From an uncultured Fibrobacterota bacterium (lineage in GTDB: Bacteria > Fibrobacterota > Chitinivibrionia > Chitinivibrionales > FEN-1185): 47,923 bases of DNA. Below are positions 1 through 9,353 of this stretch, in pieces. The notes under the pieces were generated by a model. The model was given only the letters and a program-made list of their open reading frames with translations, was not told where the DNA came from and did not search any database. The stretch covers positions 1 to 47,923 of the forward strand of contig CAVWBU010000042.1 in assembly GCA_963753345.1 (NCBI GenBank), given 5' to 3'. Within the stretch, counting starts at the first letter, position 1. Each line of letters starts with the position of its first letter. The translations under genes were made by a program, and so were the position numbers.

Positions 1-71
1 AGTCCCTATGGGAATCGAACCCATGTTGCAGGAATGAAAATCCTGTGTCCTAACCACTAGACGAAGGGACC
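1..71 (-). tRNA. tRNA-Glu(TTC); discriminator and CCA lie outside the window
   Basis: Reverse complement GGTCCCT-TC-GTCTAGTGGTTAGGAC-A-CAGGA-TTTTCAT-TCCTG-CAAC-ATGGG-TTCGATT-CCCAT-AGGGACT folds as a cloverleaf. Anticodon TTC corresponds to GAA at 36-38 on the + strand. Confidence 0.96.
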
Positions 72-173
72 GATTTGCTTTTTGCAGGCCTGTAAAATAC
101 CTCGCCGCGATTTTTCGGGCAATAGAATTTAGAAAAGCCTGGAGAAGAAATGAAGAGATAGTATATTTACCGC

Positions 174-641
174 ATGGCCAATCTGAAAAGAGTTTCCGGA
201 ACCCTCCTGGTCGTCCTGTCATTCACGCTTTTGCCGCTCCACTTCTCGTGCGGCAGGCACGCAGAAGTGAAGTCTCACCTGCCCCGCATTCTCACGATAG
301 GCGAGGTGGCCACCGCCATGGACAGCGCCCGCGATTCGCTTGTGGTGTTCGACCTGTATGCGGACTGGTGCGCGCCGTGCAGGATGCTTGCGCCGTTGCT
401 CGACAAGATCGCGGAGGAGTACAAGGGCAGGGTGTCGTTCTACAGCATAAACCTTGACCAGGTGCCGGAGGCGGCCCAGAAGTTCGGGGTTGGGAGCATT
501 CCGTTCGTCGTATTTGTGAAGGAAACAACGATGGTGGCCTCGCTTACCGGCGTGCAGCCCGAGGAAGAGTACGTGAAAATCATAAGGCAGTATTTGACAT
601 TGTCAACTAAAGTTCCGCAATCCAGCCCCGAAAAGAAATAA
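174..641 (+). CDS. Thioredoxin-family protein with N-terminal (lipo)protein signal
   Basis: WCAPC active site and cis-Pro loop (SIP); hydrophobic N-terminus ending LHFSC. Confidence 0.9.
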   Translation: MANLKRVSGTLLVVLSFTLLPLHFSCGRHAEVKSHLPRILTIGEVATAMDSARDSLVVFDLYADWCAPCRMLAPLLDKIAEEYKGRVSFYSINLDQVPEAAQKFGVGSIPFVVFVKETTMVASLTGVQPEEEYVKIIRQYLTLSTKVPQSSPEKK

Positions 642-650
642 AGCTCTCAT

Positions 651-1010
651 GGGGGGAAGAATCCCCCTCGCTTCGGCCTCCTCGGCCTGTGGCCTGCGGT
701 GTCCTCCGCTACCCCCTCCTGGGTGGCCCCCAAGTAAGTTTACGTGCGAGAATCAATCCTCGGCTGGGGGGCACCCACGAAGAGTTGTGGAATACTGATA
801 GCTATACCCGATTACCAGTGTAATCCGGATGGCGAAAAATCGACCTTGACTAAAAGACATCTTCCCTCTGCCGCGCGCCAGGCCGGACCGGAGGGTGAGC
901 TATAGCGAATTGCCGGCCGACCCTGGCCGAAGGCCATCGGGGCGGTCCGGCAACGAGGCGAACAGCCGAGCCCGGAGGGAGGGCCGCCGCCGTCTTCGGC
1001 GGGGCGCCCA
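651..1010 (+). repeat. Bipartite intergenic repeat copy 1 (A 651-~792, B 870-1010)
   Basis: A: GGGGGA-N4-TCCCCC...CGCTACCCCCTCCTGGGTGG...GCACCCACG. B: GCCGCGCG...GACCGGAGGGTGAGC...GGCAACGAGGC...GAGCCCGGAGGGAG...CGCCCA. Both recur elsewhere in the window. Confidence 0.9.
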
Positions 1011-1110
1011 AGTCTTCTTTCTATTCCCCATCGTTTCACCCCCAGAAACAACTATTTTTTAATATTCTCTCAGCAACTCACTTGGTAATTGGTAAAAGGA
1101 GCTTGGTATC

Positions 1111-2586
1111 GTGGAACTAGCCGGGGCGCCGAACGACCAGAGAGCGGTACGCATTGACAAAATCAAAATGCTGCGCGAAAGCGGCGTGCTTCCGTATGCG
1201 GAGCGCTTCGAGAAGACGCACCTGCTTGCCGACGCGAAGAAGCTTGCCGACGGCACCAAGCCGGTGCGGGCCGCGGGCCGCGTGATTGCCATCCGGGGGT
1301 TCGGCAAGCTCACGTTCTGCCACCTGCTCGATTGCTCCGGCACCATGCAGTTCGCCCTCCAGAAGAACAAGCTGGCGCAGCAGTTCGAGCTGTTCATGAA
1401 GGCTGTTGACATGGGGGATTTTGTCGGCGTCGAAGGCGAGATCATCACCACGCGCACGGGCGAAAAGACCATCGACGTGTCGGGCTGGACGTTTCTGTCC
1501 AAATCGCTGCGGCCCTTGCCGGAGAAGTTCCACGGCCTTACCGACCAGGAACTGGTGTACCGCCGCAGGTATCTCGACCTCATCACGGCGCCCGAGCACA
1601 TGGAGCGGTTCAAGAAGCGCACACGGATCATCCGCACCATCCGCGAGTTCCTTGACAAAAACAGCTTTGTGGAAATAGACACGCCGGTGCTGGCCAACAA
1701 GGCGTGCGGCGCGCTGGCGCGGCCGTTCATCACCCACCACAACGCGCTTGACATCGACGTGTACCTGCGGATCGCGCCCGAAACGTACCTCAAGCGCGCG
1801 ATTGCGGGCGGGTTCGAGCGCGTGTACGAGTTCGCGCGCTGCTTCCGCAACGAAGGCCTCGACGCGTCGCACCTTCCCGACTTCACGCTCCTCGAATACT
1901 ACTGCGCCTACTGGAACTACGAGGACAACATGAATTTCACCGAACAGCTCATCAAGCACCTGCTCATGGAGGTCTGCGGCGGCCTTTCCATCACCTACGA
2001 AGACACGCAGATTTCCTTTGACGGCGCATGGCCCCGGATTTCCTTCCGCGACCTGATTTTCAAGGACTGCGGCATCGACATCAACCTGTGCGCGACAAAA
2101 GAGGAGCTGCTTGCGCAGATCAAGGCCAAGGGCATCACCTTTGAGGGCGACGTCGACGTCGCCCACGCGGGCCGGGGCAACCTGGTCGACCTGCTGTACA
2201 AGAAAGTGTCGCGTCCCGCGCTTGTCAACCCGGTGTTCGTGATCCATCACCCACTCGACCTGTCGCCGCTGGCGCGCAAGAACGACGCAAACCCCGCCGT
2301 GGTGGACCGGTTCCAGCTCGTGGTGAACGGCTGGGAAATCGTCAATGCGTATTCCGAGCTCGTGGACCCCATCGACCAGGCGCAGCGCTTCGAAGAACAG
2401 GCTGCCGCCCGCGCGCACGGCGACCTGGAGGCCATGGAGGTGGACAACGACTTCCTCCTGTGCATGGAATACGGCATGCCGCCCATCTCCGGCTGGGGCA
2501 TGGGCGTGGACCGGGTGGTCGCGCTCTTGACAAATGCGCCCAACCTGCGCGACGTGATCCTGTTCCCCCTCATGAGGCCGGAGTAG
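1111..2586 (+). CDS. lysS: Lysine--tRNA ligase (class II)
   Basis: OB-fold N-terminus, YLRIAPETYLKR, FRNEG, EYGMPPISGWGMGVDR and LRDVILFP motifs; GTG start after AAGGAG. Confidence 0.97.
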   Translation: MELAGAPNDQRAVRIDKIKMLRESGVLPYAERFEKTHLLADAKKLADGTKPVRAAGRVIAIRGFGKLTFCHLLDCSGTMQFALQKNKLAQQFELFMKAVDMGDFVGVEGEIITTRTGEKTIDVSGWTFLSKSLRPLPEKFHGLTDQELVYRRRYLDLITAPEHMERFKKRTRIIRTIREFLDKNSFVEIDTPVLANKACGALARPFITHHNALDIDVYLRIAPETYLKRAIAGGFERVYEFARCFRNEGLDASHLPDFTLLEYYCAYWNYEDNMNFTEQLIKHLLMEVCGGLSITYEDTQISFDGAWPRISFRDLIFKDCGIDINLCATKEELLAQIKAKGITFEGDVDVAHAGRGNLVDLLYKKVSRPALVNPVFVIHHPLDLSPLARKNDANPAVVDRFQLVVNGWEIVNAYSELVDPIDQAQRFEEQAAARAHGDLEAMEVDNDFLLCMEYGMPPISGWGMGVDRVVALLTNAPNLRDVILFPLMRPE

Positions 2587-2588
2587 CA

Positions 2589-3836
2589 ATGGCCCGCCCC
2601 TTCGAGCTGTTTGTTGCCATGCGGTACCTGCGCGGCAGGCGCAGGATGGGGTTCATTTCCTTTATCACCTGGACGTCGGCGGCGGGCGTGTTTCTCGGGT
2701 CGCTGGTGCTCGTGGTGGCGCTTTCCATTGCCAACGGGTTCGAAAAAGAAGTGCGCGACAGGATCGTGGGCATCACGGCGCACGCAAAGATCCTCCAATA
2801 CTACGGCAGGCCGATTGCGAACTACGATTCCCTGCGGTTGCGCATTCTCAAGTGTCCGAATGTTGTCGCGGCAACGCCCTATATCATGGAAAAGGGCGGC
2901 ATAGAGTACGAATCGGTGAAGGAAGGCGTGATGATCACCGGCGCAATTGCGGCGACCGAGACCACGGTCACCGAGGTGGGCCGCAAGATAACGTTCGGGA
3001 AATTCGCGCTGGATTCCGCATTTTCAAGCAGGAACCGGAAGCTTCCCGGCATCGTCCTCGGCATCGGCATGGCCGATAAGATGGGCGTGCGTCCCGGCGC
3101 CGAGGTGGTGGTGGGGGGCCTTACGGCCGAGGCGGCAAACGGCGAAATCACGTCCATCCCCATGGCGCGGTTCGTGGTGCGCGGCATCTTCGAAACCGGC
3201 ATGTACGAATACGACCTCAACCTCGTCTACATTTCCATCCAGGCGTGCCAGAGCCTGTTCTCCATGAACGGCGTGGAGGGCATCGCCATCCGCACCAGCG
3301 ACATGTTCCGGGCCGACGCGATTGCGCATAATGTCAAGGACTCGCTCGGCGGCTATCCGTACCGCTGCATCGACTGGAAATCGCAGAACAAGTCGCTGTT
3401 CGACTGGATGCGGCTCGAGCGGTATGTGATTTTCCTCGTGATATCGCTCATCATCCTTGTTGCGGGGTTCAACATCGTGTCGTCGCTCGTGATGATGATC
3501 ATCGAGAAGCGTCGCGAGATCGGCATCCTCATGGGCATGGGCGCCACGAGCGGCGGCATCATGCGGATATTCATGTTCAACGGCGTGGTGATCGGCGTGC
3601 TCGGGTCCACGCTCGGCGTGGCGCTCGGCGTGCTGGTGTGCTGGCTGCAGCTCCGCTTTAGGTTCATCCCCCTGCCGGGGGACATTTACTTTATCGACAA
3701 GCTGCCGGTGCTCATCCAGTGGAGCGATATCATCGCCATTTACATAGCGGCAAACGTCATCTGTTTTCTGGCAACGCTGTACCCGGCGTGGAGCGCCTCG
3801 CGCGTGCCCCCCGCCGACAGCATCCGGATAGAGTAG
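2589..3836 (+). CDS. lolE: Lipoprotein-releasing ABC transporter permease, LolC/E family
   Basis: FVAMRYLR N-terminus, GIFETGMYEYD, EKRREIGIL, ATLYPAW; ATG at 2589 just after lysS; followed by lolD. Confidence 0.92.
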   Translation: MARPFELFVAMRYLRGRRRMGFISFITWTSAAGVFLGSLVLVVALSIANGFEKEVRDRIVGITAHAKILQYYGRPIANYDSLRLRILKCPNVVAATPYIMEKGGIEYESVKEGVMITGAIAATETTVTEVGRKITFGKFALDSAFSSRNRKLPGIVLGIGMADKMGVRPGAEVVVGGLTAEAANGEITSIPMARFVVRGIFETGMYEYDLNLVYISIQACQSLFSMNGVEGIAIRTSDMFRADAIAHNVKDSLGGYPYRCIDWKSQNKSLFDWMRLERYVIFLVISLIILVAGFNIVSSLVMMIIEKRREIGILMGMGATSGGIMRIFMFNGVVIGVLGSTLGVALGVLVCWLQLRFRFIPLPGDIYFIDKLPVLIQWSDIIAIYIAANVICFLATLYPAWSASRVPPADSIRIE

Positions 3837-3845
3837 GGGACGCCC

Positions 3846-4520
3846 GTGAGCATGGTCGCTGTTTCCGGTTTGACAAGAACGTTCGTTGACGACGCGGGCG
3901 CCCTCGACGTGATCCGCGACGCGTCCTTTGCAATAGAGAAAGGCGAGATGGTGTCGCTCGTGGGCGCGTCGGGCGCGGGCAAGACCACGCTGTTGCAGAT
4001 TCTGGGCGGGCTGGACCGGCCCACGGCGGGCGAGGTGCGCATCAACGGAAGCCTTCTGGGCGACATGACCGCGGCGCGGCTTGCGGCGTTCCGCAATCTG
4101 TCGCTGGGGTTCGTGTTCCAGTTCCACCATCTGCTGCCCGATTTCACGGCGCTCGAAAACGTGATGATCCCGGGCATGATCGCGGGAAAAACGAGAGCGC
4201 AGTGCGAGACCCGCGCGAAGGAGCTGCTCGAACTGCTGGGCCTCGTGCGCCAGGGGAGCCATTATCCCTCGGAACTGTCGGGCGGCGAGCGCCAGCGCGT
4301 TGCGCTCGCGCGGTCGCTGTTCAACCAGCCCGTGCTCATTCTCGCCGACGAGCCCACGGGCAACCTTGACAAAAAGAACGGAAGGCTTTTGCTCGAACTG
4401 TTCCAGAAGGCCAATAAGGAGCTTGGGCAGACGTTTCTCGTTGCAACGCACAATCCGGAGCTCACCCAGGGCATGCACAGGACGATTTACATAGAGGACG
4501 GGAAAATAATCAGCAAGTGA
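3846..4520 (+). CDS. lolD: Lipoprotein-releasing ABC transporter ATPase
   Basis: GASGAGKT Walker A, GFVFQFHHLL LolD motif, LSGGE signature, ADEPTGNLD. Confidence 0.93.
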   Translation: MSMVAVSGLTRTFVDDAGALDVIRDASFAIEKGEMVSLVGASGAGKTTLLQILGGLDRPTAGEVRINGSLLGDMTAARLAAFRNLSLGFVFQFHHLLPDFTALENVMIPGMIAGKTRAQCETRAKELLELLGLVRQGSHYPSELSGGERQRVALARSLFNQPVLILADEPTGNLDKKNGRLLLELFQKANKELGQTFLVATHNPELTQGMHRTIYIEDGKIISK

Positions 4521-4548
4521 CACCAATTGACAAAAGGACGAGCCACCC

Positions 4549-5061
4549 ATGACCCCCTGCGAACAATGCCATTCGTCTCCCGCCACGGTCCACATCACCC
4601 AGATTTCCAACAAGGTGACCACGGTCTTTCATCTGTGCGAAACGTGCGCGCGATCGAAAGGGATCATGGTGGAAGTTCGGCAGGAAGACTTGCGGCCTGA
4701 ACTCGGTCACGAAAATCAGCAGCAGGCACGGGCTGCGTCGCTTGCGGATCAGGCAATGGACCGCGAATGCGGCCATTGCCACACCAAGCTGTCCGAGTTC
4801 AAGGCCACGGGGAGGCTGGGGTGCCCGGCCTGCTACAAGGAGTTTGAAAAGGAGATAGGGCCGGTGCGCGCAAAGGCGCACCGGGGCAAGCGGTATGCGG
4901 CCCGCGGCGCCGAGCTCATGTCCGGCGCCGACCTTGAGAAGCTGCGCCGCGAATTGACCGATGCGATTGCGCGCGAGGAGTTCGAGCTCGCGGCGCTCCT
5001 GCGCGACACGATTAGGGAGTTGCAGCCGGGCGCGCCGGGCGAAAATGCGATCAAGGAATAG
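4549..5061 (+). CDS. mcsA: McsA-like protein (four CXXC motifs plus UVR domain)
   Basis: CEQC, LCETCA, CGHC, GRLGCPACY; C-terminal UVR motif AIAREEFELAALLRD. Confidence 0.85.
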   Translation: MTPCEQCHSSPATVHITQISNKVTTVFHLCETCARSKGIMVEVRQEDLRPELGHENQQQARAASLADQAMDRECGHCHTKLSEFKATGRLGCPACYKEFEKEIGPVRAKAHRGKRYAARGAELMSGADLEKLRRELTDAIAREEFELAALLRDTIRELQPGAPGENAIKE

Positions 5062-5066
5062 TTTTC

Positions 5067-5093
5067 CTTCGCGACCTTTGCGATCTTTGCGAG
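5067..5093 (+). repeat. Three tandem 9-mers CTT(C/T)GCGAN
   Basis: CTTCGCGAC CTTTGCGAT CTTTGCGAG in the mcsA-malQ gap. Confidence 0.6.
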
Positions 5094-5125
5094 ATACTCT
5101 TTCTTCGTACCGGAGGAATGTGCAC

Positions 5126-6619
5126 ATGGCTGCTCCAGATCGCGCCTGCGGTATTCTTTTTCATCCCACCTCCTTTCCGTCGCCGTTCGGCATCGGCGAT
5201 CTGGGCGATGCCGTTTTTACGTGGATCGACATGCTTGCGGAGTCGGAACAGTCGTTCTGGCAGTTTCTGCCGCTCGGGCCGTGCGATGAACACGGCTCGC
5301 CCTACCACTGTGTGTGCTCGTTCGCCGGAAACCCGCTTCTCGTTTCCCCGCAGAGGCTCCTCGAAGCGGGGCTGCTGACAAAAAATGAAATTTCCGGCCT
5401 CCCGCCCCTCGCCGCCGACAAAGTCGATTACGCGAGGGTTACGCGGGAAAAGGAGCGCCTGTTCCGCGCCGCGTTTGCCAGGTTCAGAGAACAGGACGAT
5501 CTTCTTGCGTTCTGCGAAGAACAGCAATCGTGGCTCGACAAATTCACGTTATTCTGCGCCATCAAGCGGCAGCAGGGCGGCCGGCCCTGGAGCGCATGGG
5601 ACAGAGGGCTCATGAGGTGCGACCAGGAAGACCTTGACGCCTTCGGCAGGTCGAACGCGGAGGAACTTTTGTACCACGCGTTCCTTCAGTATGTCTTTTT
5701 CGAACAGTGGAGCTCGGTGCGGGAATACGCGAAATCGAAGGACATATGGCTCATCGGCGACATTCCCATGTACGTGGCGCTCGACAGCGTTGACGCATGG
5801 GCAAACGGGGGCATGTTCGAATTCGACGGGGACAGAAGGCCGATTAGGGTGTCCGGCGTGCCGCCCGACTACTACTGCGCCACGGGGCAGCTCTGGGGAA
5901 ATCCACTTTACAAATGGGATGACATGGAAAAGGACGGTTACGCATGGTGGATTGCCCGCGCGAAACGGTCCCTGGATTTCGCCGACATCGTCCGGCTCGA
6001 TCATTTCCGCGGGTTCGAGTCGTTCTGGGCCGTGCCTGCGGGCGACACCACGGCCGAAAACGGCGCGTGGGCAAAAGGTCCGGGTTCGCGCCTCTTTTCG
6101 GCAGTGAAGAAGGCGATCGGCGGCCTGCCCTTTATCGCCGAAGACCTCGGCGTGATTACCGACGAAGTGATTGAGCTGCGGAACCGGGCCGGGCTTCCCG
6201 GCATGAAGGTGCTGCAGTTCGCGTTCGACGGTGATCCCGAAAATTCCCACCTGCCGTACAACATACCGGTCGACAGCGTGGTGTACACCGGCACGCATGA
6301 CAACGACACCACCGCCGGATGGCTCGCCACGCTCTCCGGCGTCGACCGCGCGCGGGTCGACTCCTATGTCGGCACGCGGGCGGCGGCCACCGCCGACGAC
6401 ATCGTCCGTCTCGCGTACTCGACGAACGCGGGGCTGTGCATCGTCCCGATACAGGACGTGCTCGGCATGGGTTCCGCCGGCAGGATGAACACGCCGGGCC
6501 GGGCCGATGGAAACTGGCGGTGGCGCTGCGCGGGACGGGATTTCGGCCGGGAGAAACTTGCACGCGTCAAGGAGCTCGCCGGCATTTACGGAAGGGGAAG
6601 GCCCGAGGCCGACGCGTAG
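5126..6619 (+). CDS. malQ: 4-alpha-glucanotransferase (GH77)
   Basis: GILFHPTS, GVPPDY, GQLWGNPLY, RLDHFRG, AEDLG, YTGTHDNDT, RMNTPG; GGAGG at 5112 upstream of ATG 5126. Confidence 0.95.
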   Translation: MAAPDRACGILFHPTSFPSPFGIGDLGDAVFTWIDMLAESEQSFWQFLPLGPCDEHGSPYHCVCSFAGNPLLVSPQRLLEAGLLTKNEISGLPPLAADKVDYARVTREKERLFRAAFARFREQDDLLAFCEEQQSWLDKFTLFCAIKRQQGGRPWSAWDRGLMRCDQEDLDAFGRSNAEELLYHAFLQYVFFEQWSSVREYAKSKDIWLIGDIPMYVALDSVDAWANGGMFEFDGDRRPIRVSGVPPDYYCATGQLWGNPLYKWDDMEKDGYAWWIARAKRSLDFADIVRLDHFRGFESFWAVPAGDTTAENGAWAKGPGSRLFSAVKKAIGGLPFIAEDLGVITDEVIELRNRAGLPGMKVLQFAFDGDPENSHLPYNIPVDSVVYTGTHDNDTTAGWLATLSGVDRARVDSYVGTRAAATADDIVRLAYSTNAGLCIVPIQDVLGMGSAGRMNTPGRADGNWRWRCAGRDFGREKLARVKELAGIYGRGRPEADA

Positions 6620-6706
6620 CGGCCGTTCCGCGATGTTGTGATACCTGAAAAAGGCGACAAGGGGCTGCCGGGATTGGTGAACCTGGTGGGAATAAAGTCG
6701 CCGGGA

Positions 6707-7324
6707 CTACTTCTTCCGGGGCAGATGCTCCATCATGGTGGTGTGGATCTCAATGGTCTCGCCCTCGAGTTCGAGCGTCGCCAGGACGGTTTCGATGTTC
6801 CTCACTTGCTCGCAGTCCCCCAGTTTCTGCTTGAGCGCCTCGGTCTGTTTCTTGATTTCGCAGAACTTGGTGCGCAGGTCGCTGGTGAGCTCGTTGCAGT
6901 CGTCCGACAGCTCCTTCATCTCCTCCTTTTCGCGGAACCGTATCTGCGCCGCGATCTTGCCCTGCCGTATCATCCGGGCCCACTGTTCCAGTTTGTAAAT
7001 CGGCACGGCGTATTTCCGCGACGCGTACAACCCGATAAAAAACGCCACAAGGATATTGAGGGCGACGCTCACGGCGAGGCTGGGAAGGATGAGGAAAATA
7101 ATGTTGTTGGGCTCGGAAATGGTCGAAAAATGCGTCTTGGTGTCCAGCGTCACGCCATAGTAGGAAACGGATTGATAAATGATATAGTAGGTGGCTAGGA
7201 GCGTCACCACGCACACCAGGGTGGATATGACCGCCGCAGCGACGATCTTGGCAATAAGCCGCAGCTGCAGGGACCGCTTGATGAAAAAATTCGAAACCGG
7301 TTTTCTGTGGAACAGCTCTTGCAT
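6707..7324 (-). CDS. Two-TM HAMP-domain membrane protein
   Basis: Two hydrophobic helices, then SRKYAVPIYKL...IRFREKEEMKELSDDCN (HAMP) and a coiled-coil tail; GAGGGA before ATG 7324. Confidence 0.75.
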   Translation of the reverse strand: MQELFHRKPVSNFFIKRSLQLRLIAKIVAAAVISTLVCVVTLLATYYIIYQSVSYYGVTLDTKTHFSTISEPNNIIFLILPSLAVSVALNILVAFFIGLYASRKYAVPIYKLEQWARMIRQGKIAAQIRFREKEEMKELSDDCNELTSDLRTKFCEIKKQTEALKQKLGDCEQVRNIETVLATLELEGETIEIHTTMMEHLPRKK

Positions 7325-7564
7325 TGTTCCCTCGCTGGTCCGGGGATTGCGAAACGTGCTTAAAATAACATTTACACCGGCCCGAAACCATGTCTGCATC
7401 TCCTATTGTATTATTATGGCCATCTTCAGGCAAGCTACAAATTCGGATACGGCCCGCAAAGGAAATAAACCGTGTACAAGCCGCTGACATTCGAGTATAA
7501 TTAGAGTTATCGTTTGTGCGAAAAACCGCCGCTTCGGCCGGCCGGTAAAGTGGAGTCTTTTGTC

Positions 7565-9253
7565 ATGATCCAGAGACCTGTGCTGCGCCTCTTGTGTGCC
7601 GCATGGCTGTTGTTTCCCTTTGCAGCGGTAAACGCCCAGCATGCCAACGACACGCTCTGCTTCACCATCTATCTCACCCCCGACGAAAATTCGCTGTTCG
7701 GATGCCCCGGCAGCGACAACATGCGCCAAATTCTTTCCGGCCCGGTCCTTATGGAGGGCAAGGCGCTTCTGTTCTACTCCGAAAACGGCTATGCGCTGTA
7801 CAACCAGACCGGCGCACTCCTCGATTCCGCATCCACGTTCAAGGAAAACAAGAGACTTGGCATAGACGATCCCCGCAGGCTCAGGCTGGCCTATCCCCTC
7901 GACCAGTCCACTCTTCTTTACTTCAGGCGATCGCCGGACAAGAACACGGGCCTCGAAATATTCCAGAAGAAGCTGTTCAAGAAAATGCTTGTCAAGATTG
8001 ATCCAACGCAGTTCGCGACGTTCAAGGACATCGAGACCGCGCAGCTGTTCAATCTGACGAACAACTGCATCACCGACGACATGGCGTCGAAACTGTTTTT
8101 GCAGCCCAATCTCGTGGGATACACGTCGCTGTCGGGCGGGGAACGGTGGTGGTCTCTCGACAGGTTCTACGCCTTCACCTCGCCGATTATCGTGGAAAAG
8201 AACGGCGTCTTCGAATCGTTCTTCACCGGGCTTCTGCACGACCAGAAGATCGACGTGCAGAAGCACCTTGTCAATCCACTCGGGACCTACACTATGGACG
8301 GCAAATGGTACTACTACGGCGTGCACACCACGTTCGGCTCGCAGGACCCGGAGAGCTACCAGAAGCTCTACCTGTGCGACGCTGCGGGGAATATGCTGTA
8401 CAGCAACGAACTGCTCAAGCAGGTGATCGTGGACGCGGTCCTCGAATACGACAAGAAAAACAACACGAACTACACCGTGAAGCGGCCCGGACAGTTCGTG
8501 TTCACCCCCGCGGTGGACAAGAACGGCGATATTTTCTACGGTCTCATCGATTACGCAAAGCGCACCATCGACGTCAAGAAGCGCCTGTTCTACCGGTACA
8601 TCCCCCGCGTGGTTTCTCCGGTCCACGAAGACGCGGTGAACGCGCAGCGCCGCTACTCGTTCAAACCGCTTGTGCTCGACTGCCCTGAGGAGAACGCCAG
8701 GAAGATGCTGCCCGACATCACCTACCGCGACGACAAGGGCAAGAAGCGCAAGGCGACTCTCCGGGACCTAACGGTCAAGGGCTACCGGGTTTTTCTCAGC
8801 AGGGAGCCGAACAGGGAGCTCAAGCGGAAATTCACCCAGATATCGGCGACCCTGCCGCCGGCCGTCAAGCACATGCGCGATTCGCTCGACAAGCTTCCCA
8901 CCGCCTCCTGCCCCTATGCGCTGAGCCTCGAGCATGAGACCAAGGGCGTTCTGGCCACCTATTACTATGGCGTGGGCGACGAGGTGCTGTCGGCGCGCAT
9001 CCTCAACGTCACCGAGACGTTCGAGGTGTTTGTGCGGGTCGATCTCATCGATTACGCCGAGGTCGTGGTGTTTTCCCTCGACGGATCGTTTCTCAACAGG
9101 TTCACCTTCAACCGCCAGCCGTTTCTTGACAGAAAAGACATCATCGCGGTGACGAACGACCGCGCGGTCATCGAGGAAGACTACGAGCGCATCGCCGAGG
9201 ACTACACCTATTACTCGTGGGACCTCGGTGTGCAGGCGGCCATGCAGCAGTGA
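7565..9253 (+). CDS. Exported hypothetical protein (possibly beta-propeller-rich)
   Basis: Long ORF with host-like codon usage; signal peptide ending AAVNA; no family recognised. Confidence 0.75.
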   Translation: MIQRPVLRLLCAAWLLFPFAAVNAQHANDTLCFTIYLTPDENSLFGCPGSDNMRQILSGPVLMEGKALLFYSENGYALYNQTGALLDSASTFKENKRLGIDDPRRLRLAYPLDQSTLLYFRRSPDKNTGLEIFQKKLFKKMLVKIDPTQFATFKDIETAQLFNLTNNCITDDMASKLFLQPNLVGYTSLSGGERWWSLDRFYAFTSPIIVEKNGVFESFFTGLLHDQKIDVQKHLVNPLGTYTMDGKWYYYGVHTTFGSQDPESYQKLYLCDAAGNMLYSNELLKQVIVDAVLEYDKKNNTNYTVKRPGQFVFTPAVDKNGDIFYGLIDYAKRTIDVKKRLFYRYIPRVVSPVHEDAVNAQRRYSFKPLVLDCPEENARKMLPDITYRDDKGKKRKATLRDLTVKGYRVFLSREPNRELKRKFTQISATLPPAVKHMRDSLDKLPTASCPYALSLEHETKGVLATYYYGVGDEVLSARILNVTETFEVFVRVDLIDYAEVVVFSLDGSFLNRFTFNRQPFLDRKDIIAVTNDRAVIEEDYERIAEDYTYYSWDLGVQAAMQQ

Positions 9254-9353
9254 TGGCGCGCCGCGCGCCGCGCGATTCCATCCCCCAATCTGTTTTCTGA
9301 GAAGAACTCAACGGCCGGCGATACCGCCGCGCTCATGCAGAGGTGTTTTGCCT

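Noticed and set aside
1-200. tRNA-Glu as an integration site for an island
   Set aside because: The tRNA 3' end points out of the window, and I saw no duplicated tRNA fragment or integrase inside it.
812-1051. Recurrent short ORFs containing GGGPPSGLG (also at 34646-35209 and 39102-39350)
   Set aside because: Translations of the B repeat. Indels between copies break the frame, and conservation follows base pairing rather than codons.
1117-2589. 490-aa antisense ORF over lysS, and similar long antisense ORFs over lolE/lolD, the TPR gene, xerD and fhs
   Set aside because: Shadow frames produced by GC3-biased codon usage; no motifs, and fully overlapping well-supported genes.
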